A DNA stretch of 58,841 nt, filler included, from Sphacelaria rigidula (taxonomy: Eukaryota), in NCBI GenBank assembly GCA_964200075.2. It is 7 parts of 7 records of this genome, joined end to end, with 100 filler letters (N's around TTAATTAATTAA, not from the genome) between each part and the next. Parts side by side here need not be neighbours in the genome. Positions count along the whole stretch, not along the records: positions 1 to 8,321 come from CAXNAA020011533.1; positions 8,422 to 16,741 come from CAXNAA020011534.1; 5 more parts are not named here. The stretch is one strand, 5' to 3'. Below are positions 1 through 12,097 of the stretch, piece after piece. Position 1 is the first letter of the stretch, and each line of letters begins with the position of its first letter. A program made the translations under genes and the position numbers. The notes under the pieces were generated by a model. It saw only the letters and a program-made list of their open reading frames with translations, was not told where the DNA came from and did no database searches.

Positions 1-1330
1 CGGGGAGCGGTTGATTCTCATTTCAAAACACCTTCTCATTTTTCTGGCAACCCTGTTCTATATCCTTGCTTCTTCAGCGCCTCTCGAACGGTGAACCCCC
101 GTTTTCCACTACAGTATAACAAGTCTTGTTGGGGACCGAAATGTGAAAAACGGGGGCCGACATATACTACAATGGAGCACGCCGTAGCGATGATGTGCAG
201 GTTATATTTGGGCCGCGGATGAAATGATTAGAGGGGAGAGGGGATCGTATCGTGGTAGACACACCATGAGAAGGTTGCGGGACCCTTCGTTCGTTGGCAA
301 GGAGATGATGGAGGCATAGACGTTGATGGGATATCGCGGGTGGGATGGGCATGTCGGCAAAGCATGGTGCAGAGCTGACATTGTAAGATTTTAGCGAACA
401 AGGGAAAGGGTAATGGTGATTCGTCGAATGACCAAGGGACGGAAGGGCATGTGGGCACGATTTGGGGTCCTAGGTCGAAAACCAATTTCGGAACCATTTT
501 GGCGTCCGCTCGGACACCCAGAATTCCCCAAAAAATGGTTTTTCACCCACGACCTCAACGTTTCGGTTATCAAAATCCAAATTTCTATGACGTGTAGCAG
601 TTGTCCGTAGCTATCAGTAAGTGAAGAAATGGAACCATATTTCGAAAATTTGGTGTGGATACGAAGATTGTGATTCTCCGGGTTTCTCATCCCCAATAAA
701 ATACCCATCTCCAATTTGTAAGATCCCGTGTTAAATGCTGTTGTTGTGGTATAAGTGTCGTTACACAGAGCCTGTAGGATCGACGAGTCATTGCAGCAGG
801 GCGTGGGAAGGACGACCTAACAGTCAGTGTAGCACGCATGAGGCGAGGATGAATTGTCGTTGGCAAGGAGTGATTACGGTAGGGAAGAGCGAGCGAGAAG
901 CTAGGAAGGCAGTCCGGTGTTTGCTCATGATGTGTACCTTACTACCTTTGGGCCCCACCTTGGAGATATGAGAGCATTTTCGCCGTAACCTCTGAAGGTG
1001 CATGGTACGACGTACTACATCGCTGTGAGGGGGAGATGTTTTCACGTGCGTCTGAGAAACGCCGGGAGGATGTTTTGGAACACCAATTACATCCCAAAAC
1101 AATATCAGTTCTTCCGCCTGCCAATCAAATATAGCTTTGAAAGCACTCAAAATGGAATTGTCGAGTAATAGACAGTTCGGCCCCAGAGAAGGTAATACAA
1201 ACGCTTCTACTAGCAGGGTTTTTATCCCCAACATGAGCGAAATGAAGGAACCCTAGGATTTTTATGGGGGAACCGTCCGCGCTTGTGAGATACACGGGTC
1301 CTAGCGGTACTGGTTGTATATCAGCTAACA

Positions 1331-1858
1331 GCGGGTCCTGAAAAATGAGGTCGATCCCAAAAATGAGGTTCGAGTGGCATATATTTTTTGCAGGGATGAC
1401 GCAGCACAGTTACACAGAGCGAAACCATATTCCCCCCCGAAACTCTGCAGCAGTGGAGTAGTTATGGCTAGGTGCACCTAACGAATACAGTGTACACGCG
1501 TGTCGATGACGATATCACCAGAGAGAGAAGCAACGACAGCAACGACAGAGAGGAAGCTCCTCGCCCGTGTCCTTTGTGTGTCCTCGCTCCGCGAATACCA
1601 ATCGCTCGAGAGACTGGCATCACGCATGTTACCAGCATGTACCTAACTTTACATGTGCCAGAACATCGAGCTGCGGAAAGATTTCGTCTCTTCTTGCTAA
1701 CTCTAACCCTAACCCTGACCATGGGGATATTCAAATTCCGATGCGGTCCTCTAAGCACGCGGCCCTCTCACGCATTACACTGTGCCGCGTCATCCCGGCA
1801 AAAACGATATGCCACTCGAACCTCATTTTCGGGATCGACCTCATTTTTCAGGATCCGC
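1331..1858. mobile_element. MITE-like element with ~80-bp terminal inverted repeats
   Basis: 1331-1410 (gcgggtcctgaaaaatgaggtcgatcccaaaaatgaggttcgagtggcat...gcagcacagt) is the reverse complement of 1779-1858 with few mismatches. The interior has no recognisable product and contains ctaaccctaaccct. No clear TSD. Confidence 0.8.
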
Positions 1859-2779
1859 AGATTGCTGCCATTTCGGGCGGGTGTTCATCTGTGAACGTTT
1901 TGCTGATACGCGGTACAGCCGCTGCGGAATCAATTGTGATTTTTTTCAGCGGGGTAGTATTCACTCCGGCTGCGACTCGATCGAGTACTGACGCACAGGG
2001 TAACGCTGAGAGCGCACCTGTATACCTGCAGTAGTGATGATGCGTTGTATGAGTCATAACAGTGATCTTCCAAGATCGGGTTAAAAAAGGAAGGCTGGTG
2101 TTCCGATTCGGAATCAACAGCCCTCGCTTATAACATGGTTCTTTACTCTGGCTGCCGGCTGAACATGTGTCGACGCGGAATGTGACGTTACTGATTCATT
2201 GAGGTACGGCGCAGAATGTAGCCTGATGAGAGCCTCAACAAGTTGAGCTTCATTTTCGACGATGCCGGACCTTTGTCCGGTGTATTACTTTTTCCATGGC
2301 TGCTCTGAAGGCTCCTTAGGAAACAAGTATCATTGTGCTCTTTTTCAGCTTCTGCTCCTAGTATGTACGTTCACGTCGCATCTGAGGGCTGTTTTGGTCC
2401 CCCACCGGAGGAGTTACTGTGCTGACTAGGAAACCCGCTTCTCTCCGATATTTTGCACCAGATGAATGACATTTTTCCCGCGTTGCACGCGTACTGAGGT
2501 GTGAAATATTGAACTGTCCGTAGCTTTCAACCCCTCTCAACTTGTGAGCTAGGATGCGGTAAGACCATCCAATACATCTCCTTCTTTCGCTTGCTGAATG
2601 GTAGGGAATGACAAGGTAGTGCATTCGCAGGTTGGGTAAACGTTCTTGTTAGTGCTCTTTCAAGTCACCGTGTTTCCAGAGGCCGGCCTACTTGATTAAT
2701 TGTCGTGCCTTTCGCACTATGGCGGTAAAATATTGGTTGCTGAGTAACAGCGTGGAATCGAATTTGAGGTTCATCATTT

Positions 2780-3270
2780 GGGAGAGGCTGAAGTCGCCAT
2801 CGAAATCTCATTTGTTTCGCCCAATAGGCTCGGGATACGCAAGCAGTTTCGGCCATGTAACCCTTACCCAGAAGTATCTATACGGCAACCCAAGCATGAT
2901 GAGCAGTTCAAAAGAAAAACCACAGCCATGATGCGGCATTTGCTTAGCAGGACGTGCCTCTAAGCGCTACAGGACACGTCACAAGGTGGTGCACCCGTTG
3001 CGCAACTGCCGCTGACGCAAGTACGGTGCTGGCCGTTTGAGTGCATGCATATCTCCGAAATGAAGAGCAGGGAAAATTTAGCAGCGAGGTACTCGCCTGC
3101 TGTGCAGACGAGAGCGTGAGCTACCGCACCTCTGTAGCATCTACTAAGCTCCTGGCAGCCCCGGGGGGAAATACAGTCAGTTGGGTGAAACGAACAAAAA
3201 CAAAACTGGACACACACACAACGAGAGATGGTGGAAACTCTCACGCTCGGGGTCGTTTCGCCAGTAGCGC
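2780..3270 (-). pseudogene. Possible decayed Mutator/FAR1-like transposase fragment (SWIM finger)
   Basis: Minus strand from 2939 reads MPHHGCGFSFELLIMLGLPYRYFW. Four single-base reversions give CSC...GLPCRH (SWIM). A nearby frame reads RFRWR and an upstream one RESFHHL. Highly degenerate. Confidence 0.25.
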
Positions 3271-5072
3271 CCATGAGAGGTGCTTCATCCAGTCTGAACC
3301 AGCTATTTCGCCTTGTATGGTCACTTTCTTCTTGGCAGAGTTGGGAACTGGTGTCGGGGTGGGCTGCGTCGCTGCATCAAGCAGTGTGGTTGCGACCCGT
3401 TTTTTGTATTGACAACCCGCAAATGAGGTACTTTAGCAAGAAACCCAGCACTCACAGCCACCCCCCACCCATCGTCATTTCCGTACCTTTGCACAACAAT
3501 GTATATATACATATGCAGAAGACGTGCTGTATCGCGTACTTGCAGTAGTGCTCAGCATTTCGTAGGGGGAGGTGTGCAGGAGAGACACGTGTCCATCTAT
3601 TATTGCACACAGTAGTAGCAGCTCCCGCCACCGGGTTGGCGAGCCTACTGCCTGCGAAACCCTTCTAATAATACTGTACAGTGTGCTCAGGGTCAGTTGT
3701 ACGGTTTTTCGAGATAAGCTCTCCTCTAGGTTCCAAAGGGGGTCTCAACTACCTAGCGAAAGTGCTGGCACACTCCTTTCAGATATGATTTGTGACTACT
3801 GTGGAGCTTAGGATTCTCGCGCAGGGAAAGCCCTGAAGGGACGGATCGTTTTGTTGGAAATGTCATGAACATGCATATATTAGCCTGCTGTCATGCCGCT
3901 TCAGACCCGTTGTCGAGTCTGGCTTTCGGTATTTCGGGTGGTCCGGTATTCAAGACTGCAGGTCTGTTCAGAGTTGGTCGGGTACGAATATGAGCTTGTG
4001 TATGGTAGAGATGGGGACAGACAGATCTGCAGAATAGTAGATCTGACACGCCTACCGTCCTACTACCTACTGCTCCCCTACCCCTTTTCAGCAAAAGAAG
4101 TCTAAGCATCGGTGAGACGTATTGACTGGTTTGGGTTGGATTGATTGATTGGATACTGAAAGTTAGAGACAAGATACTCAAGAAGAAGTGAAGAACCATC
4201 GCATGAGAACTCATCCTGGCATATTGTGCTGAGCTGTGTTGAGCAGTGTGCTGAGCTGTGCCAGCCTGACTGTTGTCCACTTGCCTTGTGAGCCTGTACT
4301 TGGACTGTAAGCGGTGCCTCTGCTAAAACAGCACCACAGCTTCATTACATTTGGCGTTTGACTAAGGAGCTTCTTCTTTTGCAATTATGTTTCCCTTCTT
4401 GACGCCGACTTTTATCCCTGTCCGTCGGGCTGCACGAGCGCAGCTTTCGTGATCAATTTTGCCCCCCTCGTCTTTTGCTTCGGTACGGTAAGTAGTCGAA
4501 CCTATCGCTTCTCGATAGTCAGTCGTTAGCTATTGCAAAGCTCCTGCCCTGTATGTCCCCTGGTACAGAGTATTCGTGCCCTGCTACTTGCGACTTGCTG
4601 CAGCGCTTGACTGCACTTCTTATGCTACGTTGGGCCAACGCGCACCGCACGCCAGTCTCGCCTCGCTGTGATATTTGTGTATTTTTGTGACATATCACCT
4701 GTACGTTGCAAGGCGGTACGCTCCGACTGCACAACTCAACATTTCTTGGTTATTCAGTACCGCACGATCACGCGCCCAGCCATCCCTGGCTCGCGTATTT
4801 GGTCTTGTTGCCCCCTTCTTTCTGGCAGGAGAGTCTTCTACTACAGGTTTGTTACAGAACACGAGTGCACAAGGCGCGCTGTTGCTTATAATCAGTCGCT
4901 GTTCCTGACCTGAGCTCCTTGCCAAGTCAGCACTTTGCCGCTCTCACATTTTAGTATCGATTTTACACGACTGTGGCATCTTTTGTTCACGAAGTCGCTG
5001 CGCAACACAACCCGTTCTCCCAGAGGTGACCACGGACATCTGTACACGAGATTTGTACCCGTCCCGGTACTT

Positions 5073-5457
5073 CAGTTTCGTCGCGATCTACGCCACTTGT
5101 AGCTACTTTGTTGTTGTTGTCCTCTTCTGGTGTACTTCGCGCAGCTGTAGAGCAGTGTGGTACATCACCATCGTAAGTAACAACACACAGCACAACGAAC
5201 TGTGAGTTTTCTCTCATTTGACTCCTTCTCGAACAAAACATCAACTAATTGTTCCGAGACAGTTTCGTCGTGATTTACGTTATTCGTAGCTATGTTGTTG
5301 TTGTTATTCTCTTCTGGAATACTTCGTACAGCTGTAGAGCAGCGCTGTACATCACAGTAATAAGTAACAATCGACAGCTCCACGGACTGTGAGTTTTCCC
5401 TCATTGACGCCCTCTCGAACGAACAATAACATATTGTTCCGAGACGGTTTCGTTGCG
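5073..5457. repeat. Tandem duplication, ~186-bp unit (2 copies plus start of a third)
   Basis: Units start at 5073, 5260 and 5445 (c[a/g]gtttcgt...) and share cagctgtagagcag, taagtaacaa, actgtgagtttt and ttgttccgagac. Confidence 0.9.
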
Positions 5458-6487
5458 AAAATACTCGTTTGACACATTCCAAACCTACGTTACGTACTCA
5501 CTTGGAGCAGACAGCACTCGAAACCAGTGCCCCTTGCCTGTGCACTACTCTTTTTCGGCACTGCCCTCAGCGTTGCTCCTGCTGTGAACAACTTCAGCCT
5601 TGTTTCGCATACGTACGTTGTCCCACTTCCGTTGTGTAACAAGCCTTACCTGTGCACTACTACGAGGTCCGATCTTGCGGTCTACATCCTAACCTTTGTA
5701 GCAGCTTTTGTGCTGCCCTACGCTGGACGATTTTTCGGTGCTCATCAAGAACGAATTTCATTGAACACCCCCAGTCTTTTCTCAGTTTGTGCCGGGATAA
5801 TACAGTCATAGTCTGCCCGTGACGCCACAACCGGAACACGTGTGAGTTGTACGACTTTCACGTCCCAACGCTGCTACAGACAATTGGATTTTTTTTTTTT
5901 TTTTTTTATTTCATACTTTTTTTTTTTTTGTAATTTCTAGCTTTCCTTTATTGTTTTTTTCCCCAAAACTNNNNNNNNNNCACCACACAACCCCCGAATC
6001 ACACCCCCCCCTTTGTTTTCCTCCTTTCGCGGCCCAACGCTGCTACAGACAATTGGATTTTTTTTTTTTTTTTTCGACGCCATACGTCTGTTCTGTGTGC
6101 AATTCCGAGCTTCCGTTGATAGCTATTACCGCCAAAACTTAGATAAGTTATATTAACCAGACCCCAGACATTGTTGTTACATACAGCAATTCGCTTGAAT
6201 AATAATACTCGCGTTCATCAGGTCCCAAGGTCCCCCCAGGCGCTATTGGGCTTTATTATTCCGTAATTTCGGATACAGGCTTCGGCCGTTGCACTTAGCA
6301 TTTCTTTGTGTCACGCTCCTTTGATTAGAGCCGCCGACCAGACACAGTGCCCCTGCCTTTTTAAGCACACAAGTTGCGTACGATTATCATGTCGCACAGA
6401 AATAACGCTGGCTCTTCCCCTCAATTGGGAAACTAATCGCTTCGTCAGACACGAAGTCAAACCACTGGCGGTTCGAAATATTTTAAT

Positions 6488-7726
6488 ATGAGTGTCACGT
6501 CACCTTCAACTCATCGCCGCACGTATGCGAGCGCTGTTCGATCTTCGGGATCTGAAGACCAACAGTCGAGTGATGCTCGTTCTTCGAGGCTTGAAGACAA
6601 GACTATGACGCCGCGACCTGTTCTCTCACGTTCCGAGTCGGACTCAGAGAGCAGGCTTGTGCTCCCGGCTGAGTCATTGGTTCCTGACGGACATGTCAGT
6701 GAACTCATATCGGTGGATTCCGTAGCGCCCCCCTCGCTGCGTTCTGTTCTCCCGAATCCCATGGTGGAATCCGAAGTCAGGATTGTGCCTCCAGCTGAGT
6801 CGTTGCCCCTGGACACACATGTCCAGCTTGGCCCTGTAACGGTTGCTTCAACCGTGGCACCCCGTCGCATGACGGCTGACAAATCTCGAGACGAGTCTGT
6901 CCCGACGAAGCGTATCGCTTCTGGAGCAAGAGACTTTGTTACGGGAGATGCTTCCGTTACGGACCCCCATCGCACGACTCTCGATAGTCCCGTGCGCCCT
7001 ACTGGGCAGTCAAATGTCGGACCCGCAGTCGTGGCCATGCATGCTGCCATGCAGACTCTGCATCGCACTTCATCGGCGTCGGCGCACTCGCCAGCTTCCG
7101 CTCTCGTCGAGGCATTTACGGCTTTTTACCAGGCCACGCTCCAAGACCAATCGCCGTCTGCTCACGTGCGATTCAATGACGATTCACCTGCCACGTCCAA
7201 ACCCGTGCGTCTGGCGCCCCGGTCGGCGACATCGCGTCCTCCGTTTGTCACTCATGAACAATTCAACGAACATGAGTCCAGTCTCTCCTCAACGTCAAAC
7301 CCGAGTCTTGCTCGCGCTTCTGACCGGCGCCGCACACTGACAGTTGGTCGCGACCACGTCTCTCGCTCTGGCAGTTCTAAAGGCAACTCCCAGCAAAGCA
7401 TGAATTCACCGCGCGTATTTACACGCCCGAAGAATGTCGCCCATGGTCGCACATATGACGGTAGTTCACGCCATAGTTCCAATTCATCGCGCGCTCCGGT
7501 GACTGCCAACCGTGACCGTACTTATAAGGATGATTTGCGGCACAGATCAAGTTCTTCGCGCGTTCACTCGCGCTCGAAAAACACCGATCATTCAACCGCG
7601 CGCACCCCTCCTGCTCCGCATCTGTCACGCCGCCGTCGTGTACGCAATGATAACACTGTACATGCTGATGATATCCAAAACATATTTTCGGACATGTCAC
7701 CGGCTCTTGAATCGTCAATTAATTGA
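6488..7726 (+). CDS. 412-aa S/R/P-rich ORF, probably a retroelement gag N-terminal region; stop likely premature
   Basis: Long intronless ORF downstream of the LTR/PBS-like signals. Coding-like sequence continues after the TGA (LKDLAATHPQ...LQQRLTDLERQRL) with further stops. No domain recognised. Confidence 0.4.
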   Translation: MSVTSPSTHRRTYASAVRSSGSEDQQSSDARSSRLEDKTMTPRPVLSRSESDSESRLVLPAESLVPDGHVSELISVDSVAPPSLRSVLPNPMVESEVRIVPPAESLPLDTHVQLGPVTVASTVAPRRMTADKSRDESVPTKRIASGARDFVTGDASVTDPHRTTLDSPVRPTGQSNVGPAVVAMHAAMQTLHRTSSASAHSPASALVEAFTAFYQATLQDQSPSAHVRFNDDSPATSKPVRLAPRSATSRPPFVTHEQFNEHESSLSSTSNPSLARASDRRRTLTVGRDHVSRSGSSKGNSQQSMNSPRVFTRPKNVAHGRTYDGSSRHSSNSSRAPVTANRDRTYKDDLRHRSSSSRVHSRSKNTDHSTARTPPAPHLSRRRRVRNDNTVHADDIQNIFSDMSPALESSIN

Positions 7727-8321
7727 AGGATTTGGCCGCAACTCACCCGCAAAACCGACGACCCCGCACTGACCGCGAACCACCGTCCGGCTACGATGCT
7801 GCGGTTACTCGTCCTCTTCAACAACGATTGACAGACCTCGAGCGACAACGATTAACCATGGAATGTTAGTATTCTCGGGGGCTGCTGGCTACGAGGAATG
7901 CCGCCACAACTCCTCTGTTACTCTCGGTCGGGATACGAAAAGGCCTCCCGAGCAGATTGCTCGGATAAGAAAGCAAGATAGCCGAGTGGCTTAGGTCCCC
8001 CGCGGTGCGCAAGTCCTCGCGAGCGGTGTCTGGCTCACGAATGCCGTGTGTGCGTGCACATCGCGTGGGAGAGCAGGGACTCACCTCCTCCATTGTGAGG
8101 GGAGACAGGAAGAATTGCACGAACTGCCCTTCCAAAAGTACTGCCATACCGTTTTGGCGCTCCGCGTATCCCCCGCTAGACGTGGCGATCGCCAACAACC
8201 ACGAGCAGAAGTCATATGCACCACTGAAGCAACATGAATGGATATTTAGGGAATCAGCTACTAACAACAAATTGTGAGAATTGAGGTTTAACTTCGAGAT
8301 GAGGCTCAAGCCTAAAACAGT

Positions 8322-8421
8322 NNNNNNNNNNNNNNNNNNNNNNNNNNNNNNNNNNNNNNNNNNNNTTAATTAATTAANNNNNNNNNNNNNNNNNNNNNNN
8401 NNNNNNNNNNNNNNNNNNNNN
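8322..8421. other. Artificial scaffold linker (N-TTAATTAATTAA-N); also at 16742-16841, 25162-25261, 33582-33681, 42002-42101, 50422-50521
   Basis: Identical 100-nt spacers with stops in all six frames, recurring every 8420 nt. Confidence 0.99.
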
Positions 8422-8428
8422 CGATTCA

Positions 8429-8494
8429 TTCACTGATTGACCGCTTTTCACTCTCAATCGTATCATCTACTCTCAATCTCACGAAAACACTGTT
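8429..8494 (+). repeat. Dispersed repeat end shared with 25262-25327
   Basis: 66 nt, ttcactgattgaccgcttttcactctcaatcgtatcatctactctcaatct[c/t]acgaaaacactgtt, nearly identical at the start of two scaffolds. Confidence 0.9.
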
Positions 8495-9174
8495 GTATAT
8501 GACTTGGCCTTACTTGGCTCCGGAGATATGCGAAGAATTAAAGCTTTAATGTAACTGATTTGAATATTTTATATACCTTTTTGTTTATTTCTTATTTCTT
8601 ATTTCTTATTTCTTATTCGATGTATGGGATTTAGTAACCTTCCCCCACCCCCCCCCCGAAAAATTTCAGGTTTCAAAAAGGGGCATAGGGTCTAGGATTG
8701 TTTATTTTGGGCACTCTCGGATGAAATTCAAATCCCATTCAAAGCGGAGAGCGATTCGAAAACCATTCATCTGTATTATGCAGCATCCTCCTCTCCGTGG
8801 GGAGAGGAGGATGCAAACAAGCCAAGGCTGGCAGCACGCGGGGATAATAGCGCAAAATGATTCGCCTCCGGACCCACAAGCACGCATGCAGTTGAATTGC
8901 AAGCCATGGTTTACTTTGTATTGTGTGGTCACGAATCACCGTTTGTGTGCTATTTTTGAAGGCAGATGTCGTGCGATGAAATGACAAACAAACCTGGCAT
9001 ATATCCGCAATTTCACTTCGAGGTGTAGTGACCACGAGTACTGTACTGTACTGTCTGTACCTGTACTGTTGTCAGGTACAGACCCCAATCATTCTGTCAT
9101 TTCGTTCGTAATCATGTAAGCATCTTTGTTATAATATCACTATACTAAGAATGGTGTAAGCATAGCCGGTAACG

Positions 9175-9280
9175 GCAAACTTCGAATAAACTGGATAAAC
9201 TGGAGTCATCATCACCAGTTCCAGTTAAACTCCAGTTTCAGTTTAACGGCCAGTACAAACTGGTCCAGTTCACAGCCCTA
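9175..9280 (-). mobile_element. Possible hAT-like terminus with clustered AACTGG/CCAGTT subterminal motifs
   Basis: Ends cagttcacagcccta (TAGGGCTGTG on minus) after multiple aactgg/ccagtt motifs. Other end not found. Confidence 0.35.
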
Positions 9281-10131
9281 ATATATTTACTCGAGCGTTG
9301 AGTAGCTGCTATCCAAGTTTTCGTATTTTGTTTTTACACCGCCGTGCACTTTGCAAAATATAACATGTTCGTGGGATTGGGAGGGGGTGTTTTATTCGAA
9401 ATGGGAGATTTTCGGGGTTTGCACCAAGACGGTCGAACCCTTCGAAACGGCCGTCGCCCCCCTGAAAGCCCTTAACCGGACGGGAACTATGGCTTGCTTG
9501 CAGATTTAAAATCGGTGACGCCTTCCATGAGAAACGGCCGAAATTTTGCAAAATGTTTTCCCCCCGTTATTGCATACATTTTCCTCATAAATCTGCACTG
9601 ACCACGTCGATTTCAAATATTTTTGCACCAAAGTTCCCGTCAGATCACAAGCGTGCAAGAGAGTGACGACTGTTTCGGGCGATTCGACCGTCTTGATGTA
9701 TACCGTGAAAAAATTGCTGTTACAAAAAACAAAAATCTGTTCCTAGTTTCACGAACATGTTAAAAACAAATGGCGACATCTCACTGGCTGAGTTCCCGAT
9801 AGCGCATAATGCTGGAGTGACTACAGTAAACAGTGTGCACAAGATAACCATTGTTTATCCCTTGTGTTTTGATGAATACCTGATCCACGCGTCCCACGCC
9901 ATCAAAGTTGTACATGTCGGCAACTCCTGCGGAAGGTACTTGTCACCAGCATCGTTACCAGACTAAGGAGGGGTTACAGAATGACGGGAGGGTAGGTCCA
10001 TCCCGCGATGACGCGTGGACTCTTGGTGAATCACTTAGTCACGTCAATCAAACAATCAATCGAAGCTATCCCGCGGCATGATGGTGATGCACGGTACATC
10101 TTGGCCAGAGGGGAGGAGCGGGGGTGGGAGA

Positions 10132-10190
10132 GGGGCGTATTCATCTGTTGCTTGCCTTACTCGTTTGACCGTTGACCACGCATTCCTTTC
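10132..10190 (+). repeat. Dispersed repeat shared with 41943-42001
   Basis: ggggcgta.tcat..gttgct.gcctta.tcgtttgacc.ttgaccacgcat.cctttc occurs in both scaffolds; the second copy abuts a scaffold end. Confidence 0.85.
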
Positions 10191-12097
10191 GAGACGGAGC
10201 ACCGCTCCTACTCCTAATAGAGACACCTCCAACATTCCGGCGCTCACAACGTTTCTTCCGGTTCCTTCCGGAGCGCGCGGGGGAAGAGGGGGAGGGGGAG
10301 CCTTGTGAAAGCACCAACGCAGGGAGAAAGTGCGCACTTGGGGGTACTTTCTTGTAGGTTTAATGATTTCCATGCCGATTCGCAGCCCAAACCTAACAAG
10401 CCCTCGAGAAAGTCCTCAACGTCGTATATTCGCTGTACATATGCCGAGGAAGTTAACAATCCCAGAGTTTCGGGAGGGGATTCATGACAACAAGAACACT
10501 AGACGTACGATTCTGTGAACAAAGGACAGGGGAATTTCAAGCAGGATGAAACGTTCCTGTGATTCCAAACGTCCACTCTCAACAGTGTTGAAACGAAAAG
10601 AAAAACTTCGTGACAGTTGGTCAAGCACCCAACGCTGTCGTTTGAGTTATCTTGGATTCATTTTATGAAGCGGACCATTCGCCGCCGACATACACTCATC
10701 GCTGTCCACAATGTACCGAGACGGGTGAAAACTCGCTCCTGGCTGCAGAAGTTTGTACTAGAAAGCGCGTACTGCACCTCTGCGATGGACGATCCGCTGC
10801 CAATAAAACCACGACTGCTCGAACGGTGACGGCAGACGCTTGCTCAGAGTATCAATTTGACCGTCACTCCAGCGACAGTCGTTTTACTCCTGTCTAAGGT
10901 CGAGTAAAGTTGAGTCCACAGTGTGATGGGTAAATCACGTTAGTATCGGGATGGGATACCATCGTCCTATCTGAGCTATGTATATTCAGTGCAGTATACC
11001 TCTAGACATATATCTACGTCCTTTGCTGTAAGTTCCGGTCGGTTCTGTGAGCTAATCTTCGACTTTGAATCGTGCGGTGGGTAATAGATTCGTTGTGTCA
11101 GTTCAGGCTAGACTCATGCGGGGGATTCTGCATGAGTAGCTGAGTAGTTGTGTCAGGGTAGCTACTGGAAGGCCCAAACACCGTGGTATCCTGTGCTTGC
11201 ACGCAGGTTGAGTGTGAGTGGCTAGGCAGTCGGTGCTGTCTGTGTGTTGTGGCCCAAGCTTCATACCCACAGGGCAACCCCTTTCCCCACGAGGCGGGTG
11301 ATAGTTTGAACCCTTTTCATGTCGCTACGCTCGCACTTCCGTCTCATATCCTATACCGGGGCGGCCGACAGAATTTTGTGTTCCGAGGCTACCGTATTCC
11401 ACGGCACGGGTGATACCCAGCGGCTTGCTCGTATTGCAAAGGAGGCGTTGTCTTGGCTTTCAGTGTGTTATGGACGTATTGGTTCTCCTGGCCTCATGTT
11501 GTTCCTCATATTTTCGGGAGAATCACGATCAAGGTTGAATCCCAGCGCCAACCCCAACCCCAGTCCCAACCCCAACCGTTACTCTAGGTTGGTTTACGGA
11601 GTATGTCATCTGTGATGAAACATTCCCACCTCGACTCCGTGGCAGTATGCGGCGGCCATTCCGTCGGATATTGGGCTGTTGGAAATACCTTGTCAAGATT
11701 CACCGGCGAACGAAATTGTGTTGGCCGAGCGGGAGGAGGGTTTTTAGCCTTTCAGCTGGGCGGGAGGAGGGAGGTGTTCTTGCCGCGCGTGTAGTCCGCC
11801 GGTCACCCCTCTCACAGGAAAAATCTGCAGTCTCAAGGGACGAACTCACCCTCCTGCGGTGAATGTCTCACATTTGTTTGGGGGGGTATCTTCATCAGCT
11901 CTCCCGCAGTCCTTCGATTTTGAACGTTTAATGTGTGACCTTGCGTCGGAACATGACGTAGATCATGTCCTGACATATATGTATGCCCATGCTTTCCGAC
12001 TGTGCCATAGATACCATCAGGATCGACTTTGTCCAAATAAATGTTGGCGAATTTTCCATTTTTCTCATGTATCACAACGTGTCATTTTATCAACCAA

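Larger units (their letters stand above)
3852..8321 (+). mobile_element. Probable 5' part of an LTR retrotransposon (LTR, PBS, long leader, gag-like ORF)
   Basis: TG-starting segment (~3852/3861) ends ...TTACA at 4349, followed after 2 nt by PBS-like TGGCG at 4352. Then a long leader with tandem repeats and an intronless ORF at 6488. No pol domain before the scaffold ends. Confidence 0.4.

Noticed and set aside
1697..1720. Telomere (CCCTAA)n
   Set aside because: Only 3-4 imperfect units, internal to a MITE.
5864..6075. Direct repeat cccaacgctgctacagacaattggat-polyT on both sides of a 10-N gap
   Set aside because: Most likely unmerged contig overlap with low-quality sequence after a homopolymer.
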